A stretch of DNA of 64,000 nt from an uncultured Alphaproteobacteria bacterium (GTDB taxonomy: Bacteria; Pseudomonadota; Alphaproteobacteria; UBA9655), in contig CALBSK010000086.1 of assembly GCA_937967795.1 (NCBI GenBank), positions 1,333 through 65,332 of the forward strand, in the 5' to 3' direction. A model generated the notes under the pieces. It saw only the letters and a list, made by a program, of their open reading frames with translations, was not told where the DNA came from and searched no databases. Below, in pieces: positions 39,803-48,286 of this stretch; the stretch's first letter is position 1; each line of letters begins with the position of its first letter. A program made the translations under genes and the position numbers.

Positions 39803-40216
39803 AAACAAAAAGGGTAAAACGAACAGTGTCTTTCGAGGCTGTTCAGAAGATACCTTATGCACTCAAAACAGAGTGTCATGGGCCAGCCGTGCGAGTCAAC
39901 GAGAATATTATCCAGGACCTTTCCCATTTTTTAAAGTAACCTTGGCTGCAAATATAGGGAAGATTGTGGGGGCTTAAGATGAGGCTTGGGAACTTTTTTA
40001 AAGACAAGCGCTGCCATAAAAAGGGCATACATATTCTGGAGGCGTTTATAAGTCAGAAGGCGAATATTCTCCATTACAAATTGGATTCGCAAAAACATGA
40101 ATTCTTTTCCAAGAAAAATTGTAGGATTCCAACCTCCCACAGAGGTCATTAAACTGCAATCTCAGATAAAGGTGTTGCACTTCTTTCTAGAATTCAAGCG
40201 GCGACTATTTTTAGCG

Positions 40217-40690
40217 TTATTCCACAGTTTCTTGAGAATAGACTCCCCATAGTAAATGGCGCTGTATCCATCCTTTAAAGCCACTGATGCGTACTTGACA
40301 CCAATCGTCTCGGCATTTGAGAAGGTTAACAATAACTCCCCGCTGTAGACGTGCGAGTGGTGGGCTTTTCTTATCTTCTGTTTTATATATGAGAATGTCA
40401 TCTCCTTGAACAATCGCATGCCTTTTAGAACAAACCATGCTTTGATGAACCCACCCTTCAGCGCCTTCACAGTCACGAATTTTTCGCCAAGTATCAAATT
40501 CTGCGATTACTTCTACAGGAAGGCCTGCTTTCAAATAAACCCATTCGATAGGATAATGAGGTCCAGGCCCCACTCTGGCATTCACCTCATTAGGCCTTAA
40601 AGAAACAAAACGAGGAACTCTATTCTTTTCAGCTCCAAAAGAAGCAGTAATCATAAAAAAAGTTAAAAAAAGGGCAATATAGAATCTCAT
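40217..40690 (-). CDS. Secreted SH3-domain protein (DUF1058-like)
   Basis: Signal peptide [19 protein letters not shown], then [22 protein letters not shown]...LPVEVI.E.D.WRKIRD.EG..GWVH. The ATG at 40690 overlaps the dut stop (ATGA). The ORF-track start at 40741 lies inside dut. Confidence 0.65.
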   Translation of the reverse strand: MRFYIALFLTFFMITASFGAEKNRVPRFVSLRPNEVNARVGPGPHYPIEWVYLKAGLPVEVIAEFDTWRKIRDCEGAEGWVHQSMVCSKRHAIVQGDDILIYKTEDKKSPPLARLQRGVIVNLLKCRDDWCQVRISGFKGWIQRHLLWGVYSQETVE

Positions 40691-41160
40691 GCGCTGTTTT
40701 TCAATCCTGTAGACCCAAAGCCTCCTTGGCGATAATTGCAAGGAACATCCTGCTGATGAGCCCCTTCTTTCCAGGAAAAAATGGAAACGGGGCCCAAAAT
40801 CAGCTGGGCTATTCGAAAACCTCTTTCAATTAAAAATTCCTCAGCGCCAAAGTTGATGAGAAGCACCTGTATTTCTCCTCGATAGTCCGCATCAATGGTT
40901 CCGGGAGAATTTAAGACCGTTATCCCATGTTTTAAAGCAAGGCCCGAACGAGGGCGAATTTGAGCTTCAAAACCCACCGGAAGAGCTATGGAGATTCCAG
41001 TCGGAATAAGTTTTCGTTCGAGAGGTTTGATCCGAAAAGAATCTTCAAGGGCAGCGATGAGGTCAACTCCCGCGCTTTGGGGCGTCGCATAGAAGGGGAG
41101 AGGCAAGCCTTCTCCATGAGGTAGTCTTGTAAGAGGAACGAGAATCATTTCAACATTCAT
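40687..41160 (-). CDS. dut: dUTP diphosphatase
   Basis: 157 aa with [27 protein letters not shown] and GGFGSTG motifs. Confidence 0.92.
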   Translation of the reverse strand: MNVEMILVPLTRLPHGEGLPLPFYATPQSAGVDLIAALEDSFRIKPLERKLIPTGISIALPVGFEAQIRPRSGLALKHGITVLNSPGTIDADYRGEIQVLLINFGAEEFLIERGFRIAQLILGPVSIFSWKEGAHQQDVPCNYRQGGFGSTGLKNSA

Positions 41161-41276
41161 ACCTTTCTTTTAAAATTGCTTCTAACATGCATATAAGTAA
41201 TACTGAGCAATTACAAAGCATATTCTAACTTTACCGGATGAAGTGTTTCGTGTGAAGAAAAAAGGTTATCGCTTTT

Positions 41277-42872
41277 TTACTTAAATTTTGCCACGCGGAA
41301 GTCGTCCGAAGATTTTTTTAAAGAAAAAAGGAAGGAAAAAATTAACCCTCCTATAATTAAAAATAAAGATATCCAATCTCCCCAGCGAGCATAGAGGGGA
41401 GGATAGAGGAGGGGGAAAGGAAGAAAGCCATCCAGAATCCCTTTCTGTTCGAGTCCTATACTTCCTCTCATTCGACCATAAGCATCAAAAATAGCCGAAA
41501 TGCCTGAGTTGGCAACACGGACGAGAGGAATTCCTTCTTCAACAGCTCGAAAACGAGCCATTTCCAGATGTTGATAGGGACCTGAGGTCTTTCCATACCA
41601 CGCATCATTCGTAACGTTAATCATCCAGGCTGGGCGCTTTTGTAGAGAGTTAACAACAGCTCGTGGGAAAATAACTTCATAACACACAAGACCACTAAAA
41701 GAAGGAAAGCCCATGGGAAGAGAGATGGATTCAGGCCCCGAGCCGGATGTAAAATCTATATTTCCTGCAGTGATTTTTTTGATGGATCCTTTACCGAAAA
41801 GAGCATCTAGAGTATTTCTCAAGGGCAAGTATTCTCCAAAAGGGACAAGATGAGATTTATCATAAACCGCTACAATATTACTTTGATCATCAAGAACAAG
41901 AAGACTGTTCCAAACCTGAAGGGGGATTTTCCCAAAAGGTGTTCGTCGTAGCCCTCCCGTAAATAAAAGAGACCCTTTAGGCATGACCTTAGCCATCCAT
42001 GTGCGACGGAAATCCTCTTGTTCCAGAAAAAAAGAAACGGCAGATTCTGGCCAAATAATCGCTTTAAGAGGAAAAGAGGAAGGCTCAGCTGTCATCCCTA
42101 AAAGAAGCTGAAAGTTAGCTTCTCTTTGAACCGGATCCCACTTTAAAGTTTGAGGAATGTTAGGCTGCACAAGACGAATGGCAAACGGGGAACCAATCAA
42201 AACATCTGGATGCTGAAGACGTTCTTTTCCCCAAATCCAACAAAAAACAACACCTAAATAAATACAAAGAGAAATATTTCTTTCAAACGCTTTCTTCCCC
42301 ATAAGATATTCCAAGGAAATCGCCATTAACAGGGTAAGAAGGCTCAGTCCGTAAATTCCTGAAAGAGAAGCAATTTGCACCATCTCAGAACTAAACGCCC
42401 ATGTGTATCCTACCAAGTTCCATGGAAAACCCGTAAAAACGTGGCCTCTCAGCCATTCAATACTAACCCAAATGACTGCAAAGGCAAAAGCCCTACTAAT
42501 GCCATTATAGGGCCAAACCTTTGTCAGAACAAAAGATAATCCAGTAAAAACCGCGAGAAGGGAAGGAATTCCAAAGAGAGCGAAAGGAATGAGCCACCAA
42601 AAAGCCGCTATATCAACAGTTAAGGCATGAGCAATCCAATAGAGCCCCGCTGTAAAATGCCCTAACCCAAACCACCAGCCTAACAAAAAGACAGTAAGAA
42701 AAGAGGCCTTGTTCTTAATATTCAAACGAAGTAAAAACCATATCCCGCTTAGAGAAAGGAGAATGGTTGGAAAAAGGAAAAGCGGAGAAAAAGCCAAAGC
42801 TCCACAGGCTCCTAAGACAAAGGCAAGTCCCCGTTGTGGCCAGATTTTAAGAAAGAGAAGAGGAACGTTCAT
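41277..42872 (-). CDS. lnt: Apolipoprotein N-acyltransferase
   Basis: 531 aa. Multi-TM N-terminal half plus a CN-hydrolase domain (..IWPESA.., ..YDKSHLVPFGEY.., ..LVCYEVIFP..). Confidence 0.9.
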   Translation of the reverse strand: MNVPLLFLKIWPQRGLAFVLGACGALAFSPLFLFPTILLSLSGIWFLLRLNIKNKASFLTVFLLGWWFGLGHFTAGLYWIAHALTVDIAAFWWLIPFALFGIPSLLAVFTGLSFVLTKVWPYNGISRAFAFAVIWVSIEWLRGHVFTGFPWNLVGYTWAFSSEMVQIASLSGIYGLSLLTLLMAISLEYLMGKKAFERNISLCIYLGVVFCWIWGKERLQHPDVLIGSPFAIRLVQPNIPQTLKWDPVQREANFQLLLGMTAEPSSFPLKAIIWPESAVSFFLEQEDFRRTWMAKVMPKGSLLFTGGLRRTPFGKIPLQVWNSLLVLDDQSNIVAVYDKSHLVPFGEYLPLRNTLDALFGKGSIKKITAGNIDFTSGSGPESISLPMGFPSFSGLVCYEVIFPRAVVNSLQKRPAWMINVTNDAWYGKTSGPYQHLEMARFRAVEEGIPLVRVANSGISAIFDAYGRMRGSIGLEQKGILDGFLPFPLLYPPLYARWGDWISLFLIIGGLIFSFLFSLKKSSDDFRVAKFK

Positions 42873-43683
42873 GAATTCCTACACGTTTAATACGCCGTGA
42901 ATCAGCTTCAATAATTTCAAATTCAACTCCTGAGGGATGAGAAACCAATTCTCCTCGTTGAGGGATGCGATCGGTGAGGTGGAGAACAAGTCCGCCAATT
43001 GTATCAATATCTTCTTCTTTTTCCTCAGGTGTTCGAAGAGGCCCCATTTTTTCCTCCAGTTCTTCAATATCCATTCGACCATCTACAATGATTACTCCAT
43101 CAGGTCTTCGAAAAAAAACAAGAGAAGCAGACATTTGAGCTGCATCTTGGATATCCCCCACAATTTCCTCAACCAAATCACTCATGGTCACAAGACCGTC
43201 TACACCTCCATATTCATCAACCACAATAGCAATTTTCTCTCCTGTTGAACGCATTTTCAAAAGTAAATCTAAGATACGCATAGAAGGGGAAATAAAATTG
43301 ATTTTGTGAAGATAGTCTTGAATTTTAAAATTTTTGGAGGTTGCCTCCAGAAGATCTCGCAAATGAATATATCCTAAAATATCATCTAGAGTTTGTCGAT
43401 AAACAGGCAACCGCATGACTTTGTTAGATTTGAAAACATTTTTGATCTTTTCTAAAGTGATTTCATAGGGAACAGCGATGATCCCTGCGCGGGCGATCAT
43501 AAGATCTTTAGCCATCAAATCGCGCAAATTGAGAATATTGGTAAGCATTTCTCTTTCGTCGGGAGCGATTGAAGTATCGGCAATTTCTTCTTCTTCAATA
43601 AGCTCTTCCAAGGTTTCTCGTAAAGAGCCTTCTCCTTCTTTCTTTTTAAAAAGAGAAAGAAAAAAATCCAGCCACTCCTTCAT
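42847..43683 (-). CDS. corC: CBS-pair / CorC_HlyC domain protein (CorC/TlyC family)
   Basis: 278 aa with two CBS motifs followed by a transporter-associated CorC_HlyC C-terminal domain. The start overlaps the ybeY stop (ATGA). Confidence 0.85.
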   Translation of the reverse strand: MKEWLDFFLSLFKKKEGEGSLRETLEELIEEEEIADTSIAPDEREMLTNILNLRDLMAKDLMIARAGIIAVPYEITLEKIKNVFKSNKVMRLPVYRQTLDDILGYIHLRDLLEATSKNFKIQDYLHKINFISPSMRILDLLLKMRSTGEKIAIVVDEYGGVDGLVTMSDLVEEIVGDIQDAAQMSASLVFFRRPDGVIIVDGRMDIEELEEKMGPLRTPEEKEEDIDTIGGLVLHLTDRIPQRGELVSHPSGVEFEIIEADSRRIKRVGIHERSSSLS

Positions 43684-44147
43684 CGTTCCTCATAAGGGTT
43701 GGAAATGTTGAGGGTTTTTAAAATGTGAAGTTCTAAATTTTCCATCTCTACAGCATCATTTTCTTCTTGATGATCATACCCTAAAAGATGCAAAAAACCA
43801 TGAATAATCAAATGCAGGGTATGGTCAAGAGGAGAAATTTCATCTTTTTTAGCCTCCTCCAAGATCGTTTCATAAGCAAGGATAATATCTCCCAGTTCTC
43901 CTTTTTCCTCGGAAGGAAAAGACAGAACATTTGTGGGATTATCTTTATGACGAAAAGTACTATTAAGCTTGTGAACTTCCTGATTGTCAGAAAAAACCAC
44001 GCTGACCTCTGTGTGAGAAAAATCTTTTCCTACGATTGCTGCAGTTTTTTCAAGCGCCCAGGATACTTCCTTCTTCCAATCCGAGGAAATCTGTACCCAT
44101 GACTTATTAAGAAGAATCAAGTTAATAGACGGCTTTTTTGCGTTCAT
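43680..44147 (-). CDS. ybeY: Endoribonuclease YbeY (rRNA maturation)
   Basis: Zinc motif HLIIHGFLHLLGYDH. The ATG at 44147 (MNAKKPSI..) is preferred over the ORF-track start at 44186. Confidence 0.88.
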   Translation of the reverse strand: MNAKKPSINLILLNKSWVQISSDWKKEVSWALEKTAAIVGKDFSHTEVSVVFSDNQEVHKLNSTFRHKDNPTNVLSFPSEEKGELGDIILAYETILEEAKKDEISPLDHTLHLIIHGFLHLLGYDHQEENDAVEMENLELHILKTLNISNPYEER

Positions 44148-45075
44148 AGGCTCTGACAATTCGTGAAACCAAGGGGTGGCGGACAACGTCTCGTTCGGTA
44201 AAATTAATAAATCCGACTCCTCTCACGCCTTCCAAAACATTTATCGCTTCTCGAAGGCCAGAAGGAGTACCTTTGGGTAAATCAACTTGACTTAAGTCCC
44301 CCATTACAATCATTCGTGAGTTATTTCCAAGGCGTGTTAAAAACATCTTCATTTGAACGTCGGTTGTATTTTGAGCTTCATCTAAGATAATGACCGAATC
44401 GGAAAGAGTCCTTCCCCGCATAAAGGCTAAAGGCGCGACTTCAATTTCCCCCAGAGCTATTTTTTTTGTCACTTGTTCAAAAGAAAGCATATCATGTAAT
44501 GCATCGTAAAGAGGGCGCAAATAAGGGTCAACCTTTTCTCGAATGTCTCCCGGTAAAAACCCGAGTCGTTCTCCTGCCTCTACCGCGGGACGCGAAAGAA
44601 TGAGGCGGTCCATTTGCCCCTTCATCATCATTTCAACCCCAAATGCAACAGCCAGATAGGTTTTCCCCGTACCTGCAGGGCCTTCTGCAAAGACGAGTTC
44701 ATTTTCCTTTAAAGCCTTAATATATCCTGCTTGTTGCCGAGATCGAGCGGTAATGATACGACGTTTTGTTGTCAGAAAGGTTTCTTCAGGAGACTCTTGA
44801 TTCTCCGTCGATCGAAGAGCAGCCATCACATCTGTTGCATCAATGGGCTTTCCTTCTTGAAGGCACAAATAAAGAAAAGCCAGCGTCTTCCCTGCAATGT
44901 GAGTACTTTCCTCCTCGCCTTGAATAACAATTTGATTTCCGCGAGTAACAATAGAGACGGAAAGTTCTTTTTCGAGAAGTTTTAAATTGCTTTCTTGACT
45001 CCCAAAAAGCTCAATAAGAAGGTTATTATCTTCAAATTCTAAATATGTTGTTGATTGTTTTTGGTTAGATCCCAT
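44122..45075 (-). CDS. phoH: PhoH-family ATPase
   Basis: 317 aa with Walker A GPAGTGKTYLAV and Walker B ILDEAQNT, plus the conserved phoH-ybeY-corC-lnt order. Confidence 0.9.
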   Translation of the reverse strand: MGSNQKQSTTYLEFEDNNLLIELFGSQESNLKLLEKELSVSIVTRGNQIVIQGEEESTHIAGKTLAFLYLCLQEGKPIDATDVMAALRSTENQESPEETFLTTKRRIITARSRQQAGYIKALKENELVFAEGPAGTGKTYLAVAFGVEMMMKGQMDRLILSRPAVEAGERLGFLPGDIREKVDPYLRPLYDALHDMLSFEQVTKKIALGEIEVAPLAFMRGRTLSDSVIILDEAQNTTDVQMKMFLTRLGNNSRMIVMGDLSQVDLPKGTPSGLREAINVLEGVRGVGFINFTERDVVRHPLVSRIVRAYERKKAVY

Positions 45076-45221
45076 GAAAACTCTTTTTATGCTTTAGCCG
45101 TGGCAAGAGAAAAATTGCTCCTTTCCATTTTCAAAATAAATCTTACCACGCCTTGTTAAGGACGCAAAGATGAAAGTGTGCGGGTTCATATGCTTTGACA
45201 GAGCAATCCGATACTGAACGG

Positions 45222-45239
45222 GTTCAGATAGAAGGGAGA
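45222..45239 (+). repeat. Dispersed repeat core, copy 2 (GTTCAGATAGAAGGGAGA)
   Basis: Identical to 21232-21249. Preceded by its inverted partner CTGAAC (45214-45219) after a 2-nt spacer. A related copy, CTGAACGGGTATCAGATAAG, lies at 45438-45457. Confidence 0.8.
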
Positions 45240-45314
45240 CTCATTCCTCTTGCAGACAAAGAAAGAGGCCTCAAGAATAGGAATGATCTAAAACCCTAAT
45301 CTAAGGAGGCCTTT

Positions 45315-45520
45315 ATGCAAATCAAAGGATTGCACAAAAATATTTATAAACTTTCTTCATATGTATTGTCACAAGAAAAACGTGAGGTTCATCGAAAAAA
45401 TACGAAAAGCCGGCAAAACTCTGGGAACAGCTAAAGTCTGAACGGGTATCAGATAAGACTTGCCAAGGAGTTTGTAAAATCAGCAGAGCAACTTATTATC
45501 GATATAAAGCTAACTTAAAA
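45315..45520 (+). pseudogene. Frameshifted N-terminal HTH fragment of an rve/IS481-IS3-like transposase
   Basis: Strong RBS (AAGGAGG-N5-ATG), then MQIKGLHKNIYKLSSYVLSQEKREV. After two frameshifts it reads ..IEKIRKAGK / LWEQLKSERVSDKTCQGVCKISRATYYRYKANLK (an HTH of the ISRATYYRY type). No catalytic domain follows. Confidence 0.4.
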
Positions 45521-45593
45521 TCCTGTTTGAAATGCCTCTTTCACCATGTTCTCTCTTGATCCTTTTCCGTCTCTCCGCTAGCTTCAACACTTA

Positions 45594-45683
45594 GGAGGGA
45601 TGCCGGAGCGGTCGAACGGGGCGGTCTCGAAAACCGTTGTGCGTGTAAGCGTACCGTGGGTTCGAATCCCACTCCCTCCGCCA
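45594..45683 (+). tRNA. tRNA-Ser (anticodon CGA)
   Basis: 90 nt: GGAGGGATGCCGGAGCGGTCGAACGG..CTCGAAA loop..long variable arm..GGGTTCGAATCCCACTCCCTCCGCCA. Confidence 0.92.
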
Positions 45684-45941
45684 GTTTCAAAGAGCTTTTC
45701 GTAGGTCTCTCCTTTCTTAAAATTGCTCTATGGGACACTTGAGAATAACAAAACACACATGATGAGAGTCATGGATAGTTATTTCTGCCAATTGTCCCAA
45801 TGCGGTCCCATGCTACAATAGAAATCATATATTTGATAGGCTTCCTACAAAAATGTCAAGATATGGAATATACTAATTTTACTTGTAAAATTTTTTAAAA
45901 TTGACTACTCCTTTAACCTTAATGAAAGGGAGACTAAAGAA

Positions 45942-46733
45942 ATGAAAAAAATTTATGTGGTTTTATTATCTTTTGCGAGCTTAACTCTTGTTGAGAAGGG
46001 TTTTGCAGGAAATGCACCTCAAACAGCACCTTCCAGTTTTACCCCTGCACAATTGGGAGAAATTGAAAAAATTGTCGCAGACTATCTTGCCAAACATCCT
46101 GACGTCATCATGAACTCTTTCCAAATTGCAATGGCACAACAACAAAAAGAAGCTGTTGCTAAAATGGAAAAAGCAGTGACAGATAATAAGGACAAAATCT
46201 TTAAAGAACAATCTTCTCCTGTCGGGGGGAATCCTCAGGGGACTCAGTCCTTAGTTGTCTTCATGGATCCTTATTGCGGGTACTGCAAAAAATTCCATGC
46301 AGAATTAACACCTCTCTTAAGCATGAATAAAGACGTCAAAATTATCTTTAAAGACATTCCTATCATGGGAGATGATTCTGTTGAAGCCATTAAAGCTAAG
46401 ATCGCAGCAAAAGAACAGGGAAAATATGACCAACTTCAAAATGCTATTTTTGCATCGGATAAACATCTCACTCAAAAACAACTTTTAAAGTTAGCTGCTT
46501 CTCTCGGTATTGATACGAAGAAGCTTGAAGCCGATATGAAAAGCAAAGCGACACAAGCTCGCATTGATGAAGATCTTGAGCTTGCAAAGACCCTCGGAAT
46601 TAATGGAACGCCAACATTAATTATAGGAGAATCAACGGTTTTGCCCGGCTATATCAGTGCTGAAGAATTAAATAAGAAACTTAAAGAAACTTCCGCTTCA
46701 AATAATAAAGTCGCTGTTGAAAAAGCCTCCTAA
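45942..46733 (+). CDS. DsbA-family periplasmic thiol:disulfide oxidoreductase
   Basis: 263 aa with a signal peptide, an N-terminal helical extension, and a thioredoxin-fold active site, CGYC. Confidence 0.8.
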   Translation: MKKIYVVLLSFASLTLVEKGFAGNAPQTAPSSFTPAQLGEIEKIVADYLAKHPDVIMNSFQIAMAQQQKEAVAKMEKAVTDNKDKIFKEQSSPVGGNPQGTQSLVVFMDPYCGYCKKFHAELTPLLSMNKDVKIIFKDIPIMGDDSVEAIKAKIAAKEQGKYDQLQNAIFASDKHLTQKQLLKLAASLGIDTKKLEADMKSKATQARIDEDLELAKTLGINGTPTLIIGESTVLPGYISAEELNKKLKETSASNNKVAVEKAS

Positions 46734-46755
46734 AAACCTTTAGCCATGGAGGGAG

Positions 46756-46780
46756 AGGGGCCTTTAGGCCCCTTTTTCTT
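46756..46780 (+). terminator. Rho-independent terminator after the dsbA-like gene
   Basis: AGGGGCC-ttta-GGCCCCT followed by TTTTCTT, 23 nt after the stop. Confidence 0.7.
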
Positions 46781-46873
46781 ATGAACCTATGAAATAATGA
46801 CGAGTAATTCTTGAGAATGAGCGTTTTCTTGTGGTAAAAGATGAAATGATAATTTTTTAAGGATACCCCTTGT

Positions 46874-47866
46874 ATGAGTCATATTTCTGTTGTGGGAGCA
46901 GGCGCTTGGGGAACAGCTTTAGCTTTAGCTGTACGGCGCGTTGGAGCCAACGTTACCCTTTGGTCCATTAGCTCAGATGAGGTGGAAATCATTAATGGAC
47001 GCCATGAAAATGTTTATCGTCTTCCGGGAATTGCTCTCGACCCCTCTTTGCGAGCAACAACGAATCCCCAAGAAATGTCGTGCGCAGACATGGTAATTTT
47101 AGTGCCACCCGCTCAATATATGCGGAGTACGTGTGAAACCTTTAAAGATATATTCTCCCCTCATGTCCCTCTTATCATTGCCTCGAAAGGGATAGAAAAT
47201 GGGACATCTCTTTTAATGTCCGAGGTTATTCGAGAATATTTCCCCCAAAACCCCCTTCTGGTTCTCTCAGGGCCTAGTTTTGCAAGTGATGTAGCAAAAA
47301 AATTGCCTACGGCTATCACTCTTGCCGCTGGAAATCTTTCCTTAAGCCAAAAGGTTGCGAAGCTTCTCAGTAGCCAACATTTCCGCCTTTATGCTTCCGA
47401 GGATATTATTGGAACGCAAGTAGGAGGCGCTTGCAAAAATATTATCGCGATCGCCTGTGGAATTATTGAAGGCCGAGAACTGGGAGATAATGCACGAGCG
47501 GCGTTAATGACACTAGGTCTTTCCGAACTTGCACGGCTTGGATGTGCGATGGGAGGAAAGTCTGAGACGTTTTTAGGTTTATCAGGTGTTGGGGACATCA
47601 CTTTAACTTCTTTAAGTTCTCAATCACGAAACAAATCCTTTGGCCTTGCTTTGGGAGGTGGTATTCCTCTCGGAGAACTTTTAGCCAATAAAAAAACCTT
47701 AACAGAAGGCATTTATACAGTTGTAGGGACGGTGGCTCTTGCGCAAAAACATCAAGTAAATATGCCGATTACTTTTGCCATGAATGAATTTCTAAATGAA
47801 GGGGGAACCTTAGAAACACTCCTTGAGAATCTTCTCGGTTGTCCCTTAAAAGAGGAAACTGCATAA
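46874..47866 (+). CDS. gpsA: NAD(P)H-dependent glycerol-3-phosphate dehydrogenase
   Basis: 330 aa with the Rossmann motif VVGAGAWGTALA and the conserved GxCKN context (GGACKNIIAIA). Confidence 0.92.
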   Translation: MSHISVVGAGAWGTALALAVRRVGANVTLWSISSDEVEIINGRHENVYRLPGIALDPSLRATTNPQEMSCADMVILVPPAQYMRSTCETFKDIFSPHVPLIIASKGIENGTSLLMSEVIREYFPQNPLLVLSGPSFASDVAKKLPTAITLAAGNLSLSQKVAKLLSSQHFRLYASEDIIGTQVGGACKNIIAIACGIIEGRELGDNARAALMTLGLSELARLGCAMGGKSETFLGLSGVGDITLTSLSSQSRNKSFGLALGGGIPLGELLANKKTLTEGIYTVVGTVALAQKHQVNMPITFAMNEFLNEGGTLETLLENLLGCPLKEETA

Positions 47867-48286
47867 ATGGCCTATTGGCTTATTAAGAGTGAACCGCATG
47901 TTTGGTCTTGGGCAGATCAAGTGAAGAAGGGAACAACTTTCTGGGATGGGGTGCGTAACTATCAAGCTCGCAATAACCTTAAAGCCATGAAAGTTGGAGA
48001 TTTGGCTCTTTTTTATCATTCTGGGGGGGAACGTCAGATTATGGGAATTGTAGAAGTCATAAAACCTTATTATCCAGATCCTTCCGACTCTAATGGACGA
48101 TTTGGAATGGTTGATGTTAAGACTGTCAAACCCTTCTCTTTCCCTGTCACATTAAAAGAAGCTAAAGCCGATCCTCGCCTTCATTCTCTGGCGCTCATTC
48201 GGCAATCTCGTCTTTCAGTCATGCCTATAGATGAAAATTCATGGGACATCCTCACTCATAAGGGAGGATGCAATGAAAACCTATGA
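47867..48286 (+). CDS. EVE (PUA-like) domain protein
   Basis: 139 aa. [11 protein letters not shown].....G...[16 protein letters not shown]...FYHS is the canonical EVE-domain pattern. The ATG directly abuts the gpsA stop. Confidence 0.8.
   Translation: MAYWLIKSEPHVWSWADQVKKGTTFWDGVRNYQARNNLKAMKVGDLALFYHSGGERQIMGIVEVIKPYYPDPSDSNGRFGMVDVKTVKPFSFPVTLKEAKADPRLHSLALIRQSRLSVMPIDENSWDILTHKGGCNENL

Noticed and set aside
37948-40216. Possible integrative island at tRNA-Arg, with an IS5 remnant and a possible IS scar bracketing the methyltransferase and small membrane-protein genes.
   Set aside because: No direct repeat of the tRNA-Arg 3' end was found downstream and there is no integrase. The methyltransferase has a conserved alphaproteobacterial N-terminus, suggesting a core gene. 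Independent IS insertions into intergenic spacers explain it better.
40162-40497. 111-aa ORF on the minus strand.
   Set aside because: It is an alternative frame of the SH3-domain gene (40217-40690), which has a signal peptide and conserved SH3-like motifs.
45541-45756. 71-aa minus-strand ORF.
   Set aside because: It is antisense to, and completely spans, the tRNA-Ser(CGA) gene at 45594-45683.
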